64,000 bases of DNA from Diplonema papillatum. Taxonomy: Eukaryota. Under the pieces are notes generated by a model. The model saw only the letters and a program-made list of their open reading frames with translations. It was not told where the DNA came from and ran no database searches. Every line of letters begins with the position of its first letter. The stretch's first letter is position 1. The position numbers were made by a program, and so were the translations under genes. The stretch is taken from NCBI GenBank assembly GCA_030068145.1, contig JAPJBO010000372.1:141284-205283 (forward strand). Reading direction: 5' to 3'. This document shows, one piece after another, positions 57,847 through 64,000 of this stretch.

Positions 57847-58037
57847 ATACCTTCTCGGCCTTTTGGCTAAGATCAAGTGTAGTATCTGTTCTTATCAGCT
57901 TAATATCTGATACAGCACACTTGTGTGCTGAGATATTATGTGAATTTTTCACGGGGGTGGCGGGTAGCTCTGAGGCAACTCAGAGTCCGCCACACGTGTT
58001 GCCCTGGAGCTGCACTACATCCAGGAGTGGCACACCC
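57847..58037 (+). ncRNA. U2 spliceosomal snRNA gene
   Basis: ataccttctcggccttttggctaagatcaagtgtagtatctgttcttatcagcttaatatctgata... has the conserved U2 5' end (CUUCUCGGCCUUUUGGCUAAGAUCAAGUGUAGUAUCUGUUCUUAUCAG.UUAAUAUCUGAUA), the GUAGUA branch-point box, an Sm-like site gaatttttcac, 3' stem-loops (gggtagctctgaggcaactcagagtccgcc; ccctggagctgcactacatccagg) and a T6 run at 58041-58046. Confidence 0.85.
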
Positions 58038-58077
58038 ATCTTTTTTACCATCCCTCCTACCTCTATCCCTCCCACCC

Positions 58078-58200
58078 ACTTCTCCTTCTCCTTCTCCTTC
58101 TCCTTCTCCTTCTCCTTCTCCTTCTCCTTCTCCTTCTCCTTCTCCTTCTCCTTCTCCTTCTCCTTCTCCTTCTCCTTCTCCTTCTCCTTCTCCTTCTCCA
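58078..58200. repeat. (CTCCTT)n hexamer microsatellite; other arrays at 56762-56850, 57086-57180, 58757-58842 and 59560-59645
   Basis: Direct read of ctccttctccttctcctt.... These generate the poly-SP, poly-EK, poly-FS and poly-L ORFs in the track. Confidence 0.9.
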
Positions 58201-58259
58201 AATTTTAAGGAAAAGAAGCAGAGGGGGTCGGGCAGTGCTGGCGGCCTTGGACTCAGCCG

Positions 58260-60260
58260 TCCCTAAGGCCTCACCTGGCCAGGGCTTCCCACTTGCTGCC
58301 TTCTCTCATGCAGAAGAGGGGAAAAGTGGATTCCAGATTTTGGTACCGGATTTCAGGTGGCCTCACTTGGCCAGGGCTTCCCACTTGCTGCCATCTCTCA
58401 TGCAGAAGAGGGGAAAAGTGGATTCCAGATTTTGGTACCGGATTTCAGGTGGCCTCACTTGGCCAGGGTTTGGGTTCAGGTCTTCAGCCTTTCTCTTTCC
58501 CTTCAGACTTTCCTTCCAAAGAATCAAAAGAAGGCCAAAGCTCCCACAAAGGAAGCCAAGGCTCACTGTAAGCATAGGCAAACTGCCATTCAGGGTGTTT
58601 AAGTACCAATAAAGTACAGAAACTGTAGCTTTTAAATCGTTGGTTGACCAAAATCTGAAGCAAAGGAAACACTGCATTTGAAAGATCCTTGTGCAACTGG
58701 GTCCCCAGTCCCTGGTCCCCAAAAAACCCAACTTCGGGGAATTGACCAAAAATCGATTTCTCCTTCTCCTTCTCCTTCTCCTTCTCCTTCTCCTTCTCCT
58801 TCTCCTTCTCCTTCTCCTTCTCCTTCTCCTTCTCCAAATTTTAAGGAAAAGAAGCAGAGGGGGTTGGGCAGTGCTGGCGGCCTTGGACTCAGCCGTCCCT
58901 AAGGCCTCACCTGGCCAGGGCTTCCCACTTGCTGCCTTCTCTCATGCAGAAGGGGGGAAAAGTGGATTCCAGATTTTGGTACCGGATTTCAGGTGGCCTC
59001 ACTTGGCCAGGGCTTCCCACTTGCTGCCTTCTCTCATGCAGAAGGGGGGAAAAGTGGATTCCAGATTTTGGTACCGGATTTCAGGTGGCCTCACTTGGCC
59101 AGGGCTTCCCACTTGCTGCCTTCTCTCATTCCAGATTTTGGTACCGGATTTCAGGTGGCCTCACTTGGCCAGGGCTTCCCACTTGCTGCCATCTCTCATG
59201 CAGAAGAGGGGAAAAGTGGATTCCAGATTTTGGTACCGGATTTCAGGTGGCCTCACTTGGCCAGGGTTTGGGTTCAGGTCCCTAGCCTTTCTCTTTCCCT
59301 TCAGACTTTCCTTCCAAAGAATCAAAAGAAGGCCAAAGCTCCCACAAAGGAAGCCAAGGCTCACTGTAAGCATAGGCAAACTGCCATTCAGGGTGTTTAA
59401 GTACCAATAAAGTACAGAAACTGTAGCTTTTAAATCGTTGGTTGACCAAAATCTGAAGCAAAGGAAACACTGCATTTGAAAGATCCTTGTGCAACTGGGT
59501 CCCCAGTCCCTGGTCCCCAAAAAACCCAACTTCGGGGAATTGACCAAAAATCGGATTTTCTCCTTCTCCTTCTCCTTCTCCTTCTCCTTCTCCTTCTCCT
59601 TCTCCTTCTCCTTCTCCTTCTCCTTCTCCTTCTTTTCCTTCTCCAAATTTTAAGGGTCGGGCAGTGCTGGCGGCCTTGGACTCAGCCGTCCCTAAGGCCT
59701 CACCTGGCCAGGGCTTCCCACTTGCTGCCTTCTCTCATCAGAAGGGGGGAAAAGTGGATTCCAGATTTTGGTACCGGATTTCAGGTGGCCTCACCTGGCC
59801 AGGGATTCCCACTTGCTGCCTTCTCTCATGCAGAAGGGGGGAAAAGTGGATTCCAGATTTTGGTACCGGATTTCAGGTGGCCTCACTTGGCCAGGGCTTC
59901 CCACTTGCTGCCTTCTCTCATTCCAGATTTTGGTACCGGATTTCAGGTGGCCTCACTTGGCCAGGGCTTCCCACTTGCTGCCTTCTCTCATGCAGAAGGG
60001 GGGAAAAGTGGATTCCAGATTTTGGTACCGGATTTCAGGTGGCCTCACCTGGCCAGGGATTCCCACTTGCTGCCTTCTCTCATTCCAGATTTTGGTACCG
60101 GATTTCAGGTGGCCTCACTTGGCCAGGGCTTCCCACTTGCTGCCTTCTCTCACGCAGAAGGGGGGAAAAGTGGATTTCAGATTTCAGTGGTGGATTTCAG
60201 GCGGCCTCACCTGGCCAGGGCTTCCCACTTGCTGCCATCTCTCAGGCAGAAGAGGGGTAA
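58260..60260. repeat. Tandem repeat family with a 91-bp unit (cctcac(c/t)tggccagggcttcccacttgctgcc(a/t)tctctcatgcagaag(a/g)ggg(g)aaaagtggattccagattttggtaccggatttcaggtgg) plus shorter deletion-variant units of about 64 bp; three blocks (58260-58480, 58890-59280, 59690-60250), each followed by the same roughly 300-bp tail
   Basis: Unit starts are at 58269, 58360 and 58451 (period 91). Variant units lack atgcagaag..gtggatt (for example 59100-59165). Each block is followed by the same tail (58480-58760, 59280-59560, 60380-60660: ...ccaaagaatcaaaagaaggccaaagctcccacaaaggaagccaaggctcactgtaagcataggcaaactgccattcagggtgtttaagtaccaataaagtacagaaactgtagcttttaaatcg...). Part of that tail is the reverse complement of the 5S spacer segment 56262-56330. 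Confidence 0.8.
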
Positions 60261-61151
60261 AGTGGATTTCATGAGAAGATTTCTGGTCAATTTCAGGAAA
60301 CTTTTTCCCTAAAACCATTTTAGTCAGAAGAAAGCCAAGGCCACCCAAAGGTAACCAAGGCTATTGCACAATAGCCCATAGGGCATTCCCTTCAGACTTT
60401 CCTTCCAAAGAATCAAAAGAAGGCCAAAGCTCCCACAAAGGAAGCCAAGGCTCACTGTAAGCATAGGCAAACTGCCATTCAGGGTGTTTAAGTACCAATA
60501 AAGTACAGAAACTGTAGCTTTTAAATCGTTGGTTGACCAAAATCTGAAGCAAAGGAAACACTGCATTTGAAAGATCCTTGTGCAACTGGGTCCCCAGTCC
60601 CTGGTCCCCAAAAAACCCAACTTCGGGGAATTGACCAAAAATCGGATTTTTGGGGTATGTCCCCAACAAGCTCCGTGAGTCAATTGCACGAAAAAGAGAC
60701 CCCACTTTGGATTTTTACTGATATTTGGGTTGGGGGGGGGGATCTCAGCCATTCGTTCCTATGAGGTGCTGTTGGCAGTGGTTTTGGTAGTGTTTCCTAT
60801 AGAAGGGTCATATGCCCTTAACTTCGTGAATCAAAACATTGGACGAATACTGGCCAAAATCAGGAACCCGTAGTAGGTTTGAATCCAGATCGATCCGATG
60901 GGTTCATTCCATCTATCCTTCAAATGTGATCGGCCTCAACGAGGCCACTCAGACCCAAAAGTCGATTTTTCAAGTTTCAGAGGGCCATTCGTAGATCGAA
61001 TAATGGTCAAAACCAAAAACCCGTAACTGGCCTGAAACCTCCCGAAAGATCTGGATTCATTGGTGCTATAATTTTCAGATTTTCGAAGTTTAAAAAAACA
61101 TTCCTCCACCGGTACAGTTTTGACCCGCAATTTCGCAAAAGGTAGGGAGTA

Positions 61152-61812
61152 ACCCGCAAACCCGCAAACCCGCAAACCCGCAAACCCGCAAACCCGCAAA
61201 CCCGCAAACCCGCAAACCCGCAAACCCGCAAACCCGCAAACCCGCAAACCCGCAAACCCGCAAACCCGCAAACCCGCAAACCCGCAAACCCGCAAACCCG
61301 CAAACCCGCAAACCCGCAAACCCGCAAACCCGCAAACCCGCAAACCCGCAAACCCGCAAACCCGCAAACCCGCAAACCCGCAAACCCGCAAACCCGCAAA
61401 CCCGCAAACCCGCAAACCCGCAAACCCGCAAACCCGCAAACCCGCAAACCCGCAAACCCGCAAACCCGCAAACCGCAAACCCGCAAACCCGCAAACCCGC
61501 AAACCCGCAAACCCGCAAACCCGCAAACCCGCAAACCCGCAAACCCGCAAACCCGCAAACCCGCAAACCCGCAAACCCGCAAACCGCAAACCCGCAAACC
61601 CGCAAACCCGCAAACCCGCAAACCCGCAAACCCGCAAACCCGCAAACCCGCAAACCCGCAAACCCGCAAACCCGCAAACCCGCAAACCCGCAAACCCGCA
61701 AACCCGCAAACCCGCAAACCCGCAAACCCGCAAACCCGCAAACCCGCAAACCCGCAAACCCGCAAACCCGCAAACCCGCAAACCCGCAAACCCGCAAACC
61801 CGCAAACCCGCA
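61152..61812 (+). repeat. (CCCGCAAA)n 8-mer satellite array 2, about 82 units, same orientation and same 3' flank as array 1
   Basis: Units with occasional 7-mer variants at about 61470 and 61580. The array ends at cccgcactagaaatgagcacgtgaccgaagcaggttaggagagttgggtttggtgtggtttccgccaag. Track ORFs 60936-61886, 61007-61813 and 61090-61797 are artefacts. Confidence 0.9.
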
Positions 61813-62125
61813 CTAGAAATGAGCACGTGACCGAAGCAGGTTAGGAGAGTTGGGTTTGGTGTGGTTTCCGCCAAGTTTTCGAACATATTTCGAAAGGGCC
61901 CTTAAGCCCATGAAAATGCACCCCTTGCCTTTTCATGGGCCTGAGGATTCTGTGGGGGACGAAATCTGACCTGCACCTCCTCGTGGTGTCCTCTGGAAAC
62001 GCGCAAGCCGCGGCCAACGCAGGCAGTAACGTAATCATTTATATTTGCCTGGTTGGGGCGTTCTTCGGGGCAGATAGCATTTCATTCTTAAAACAAACAG
62101 GAAATCTAAAAAAAAAACACGCACT

Positions 62126-64000
62126 TTGAAAATGAACAACTATCTTGGTGTGCCGTTGCTGCCTCCGTTCGAGCTGCGCCCTGGGCCTGCCGTAGAGGTA
62201 CCGCCTAAATCTCCACTCTCGGAACCGAATGGATTGGAGAACACTGCAGACTTTGAGAGACACGCCCAAATCATGGCAGAAAACCCGGTAAGACCCCCAC
62301 CGCAAAGGATGTCAAGGGTGATCATCGTCCTTAATGGCCGTTATGATGTAATCCCTCTTCTCCCAAGATTCTTCCTGGCACCCCAGAAACCGGAGAACCC
62401 TCCGGCCATTTCAAGGTGTGAAGACTTTGGGGGTTCGGTAGACGTCTGCCCCCCTGAATCGCTTGACGAAGGTATGGAACAAATTTCTTTGTGGCATTAC
62501 TTTCCAAAATTGTAATAGCACCCTGCTGCCCAGATATAGCAGATAATTCTAAACAATCAAAATGATCACAGGTGACCTGGGAATGGCAGACCTTGTGGAA
62601 GACGCCATGTCAGAAGAGAAGGCTGATTATGAATCTGGCTGGTGCCCTGAAGATGACTGGATCCAGTATCAGAAATTGCAAACCCGGGACACAGGTATAT
62701 ATAGTTTCTTTGTCCGTTGATAAAAGTGCTTGCCGTTTGCCACGGCAACTTTATTTGCAATACATGCTCTGGAATTCCTTTGGGAAATGCCTCCTACCAA
62801 CCCCTAAACCGGCAGGCCGCAAGGTGACGTTCTTCTTTCCTGAGGAGGGGCCATGCGAAGACAGAGATGATGATGAAAATGGGCCCATTGATTCGGACCA
62901 AAAGGTCCCATGCGCAGAAGAAAATGCTGTTCACCACCTGCCGGCCAATGAAACAGATCAAGGTATGTGCCAAAGGGCCTAAATTTTCTTTAAGTATGGA
63001 ATCAGCACCAAAGGGCCCTACAATCCCACACAACCCAAAATTCAACAGGTGACACGGATCTGGATGAGCCTACTCTTTTGGAACTGATGATTGGAATTCA
63101 AATGTGTGAACAAACAATTCTTCTCAGCCAGCCTGGCCACAGGGCTTGCCGCCATTCTGGATGCAACCTGGTGTTTAAGACAAGGAGGGAATTACTTCAG
63201 CACCAAAAAACCTGCCCCCACAACCCAGACGCAGATAACTACGAGGTCTGCAAGTACTGCAAGGTGGCAATAAAGAGGGATTCCCTGGAGGCGCATATGC
63301 GCACAACAACATGCAGATGTTTTTGCAGGTCCTGCGGCAAGAGGCACAGGACAGTGGAGAAAGCGGAAGCCTGTTGCAGTATTGAAACAAAGAAACGTTC
63401 ATTGAAAAGAAAAGATAAGGACACTGACAAGGAGGACGATGGCAGCAAAGGAAAGAAGCAGAGGAGAGAACCTGACTGCCCTCAAGAGAGTGGGAGCACA
63501 AGGGACCCCGAAGGTGGCAGCAGCCACAGTTCGGGCCCTATTGGTGATCCCATTAATAGGTGCAAGCACTGCCTTCTGGAACACCAAGCTGGCAATGGTC
63601 AGAGGCATGAGGGTTCCTGCATATTTGAGGGGATGGACATGATAAAATACCTCCGGGCTGCTGGGGAAAATGAATCCACCTACAGGCTGGCCATTCTTCT
63701 TATGCAACAATCTGTTCACCAGTCAGAAAGTAAGACCAGAAAGGCAGCCAAAGGAAGTTTCCAAAAGCACAAGAATAGAGTTCTTGCAAAGCTGGCAGAT
63801 GCCATGGGAGGAACAGACCCTCTAGAGCAGATAAGAGCAAAGTGTGTTTCAGACAGGATTTATGAGGATTGGGTGAGCAAGAACGCATTTGTGCACCAGG
63901 TTCTTAATAGAAGCAAACACTCTGCAGCCATTACAATAGAGGAATACCAGGAAGGCTCTATAGAGGAGCACTCATGCGGGGATATGGTGGCTTGCCCCCG
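62126..64000 (+). CDS. Partial multi-exon gene encoding a TRAF-type zinc-finger protein; the 3' end lies beyond the window
   Basis: Exon candidates: 62126-62287 (donor gtaagacc), a short exon at about 62310-62414 (donor gtgtgaagac), 62572-62968 (acidic DDDENGPIDSDQKVPCAEENAVHHLPANETDQ, donor gtatgtgcc), and a last exon from about 63048 (acceptor ttcaacag) that stays open to 64000. The last exon encodes ...GHRACRHSGCNLVFKTRRELLQHQKTCPHNPDADNYEVCKYCKVAIKRDSLEAHMRTTTCRCFCRSCGKRH..., i.e. tandem C-x2-C-x11-12-H-x3-5-C TRAF-type/C2HC fingers. Confidence 0.5.

Noticed and set aside
60936-61886. ORFs of 316, 268 and 235 aa on the minus strand
   Set aside because: The same artefact over (CCCGCAAA)n array 2.

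Overview
This is a eukaryotic nuclear window with moderately GC-rich genes and many repeats; it is not prokaryotic. Supporting evidence is spliceosomal GT-AG introns, 5S rRNA genes, a U2 snRNA gene, a major vault protein gene and a CHO2-type phospholipid methyltransferase, which together point to a protist or alga-like genome. I cannot name the taxon.

Coding content on the + strand:
- A multi-exon CHO2-like phosphatidylethanolamine N-methyltransferase (about 5.7-8.6 kb).
- A multi-exon coiled-coil protein gene (about 24.9-28.1 kb).
- Two tandem copies of a major vault protein (MVP) gene (about 29.9-34.2 kb and 41.3-45.2 kb). Their last 2.5 kb (exon 5, intron 5, exon 6) is identical at every position compared (complete over the intron and the protein sequence).
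- An FkbM-type methyltransferase gene with a signal peptide (about 48.0-50.4 kb).
- A 443-aa ORFan (51.6-53.0 kb).
- A partial TRAF-type zinc-finger gene running off the 3' end of the window.

Mobile and repeat content:
- A roughly 3-kb DNA transposon with about 480-bp terminal inverted repeats (TIRs) and a single intronless 625-aa ORF, a putative transposase of unknown superfamily (17.47-20.46 kb).
- A 7-kb spacer between the two MVP copies, built from nested inverted repeats. Each repeat carries a degenerate tRNA-like head with a polymerase III A-box and B-box, joined to a 21-22-bp minisatellite.
- A roughly 2.1-kb palindromic satellite domain inside that spacer. It combines a self-complementary ACGTTATATA 10-mer with phased T-tract (bent-DNA-like) repeats and flanks a small K/P-rich basic ORF.
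- A MITE-like element of about 1.6 kb with 100-bp TIRs.
- A satellite-rich block (53-62 kb) with two (CCCGCAAA)n arrays, (CTCCTT)n microsatellites, a 91-bp tandem repeat, two tandem 5S rRNA genes on an 840-bp unit, and a linked U2 snRNA gene.

Many of the long ORFs in the supplied track are translation artefacts of tandem repeats or are antisense to real genes.
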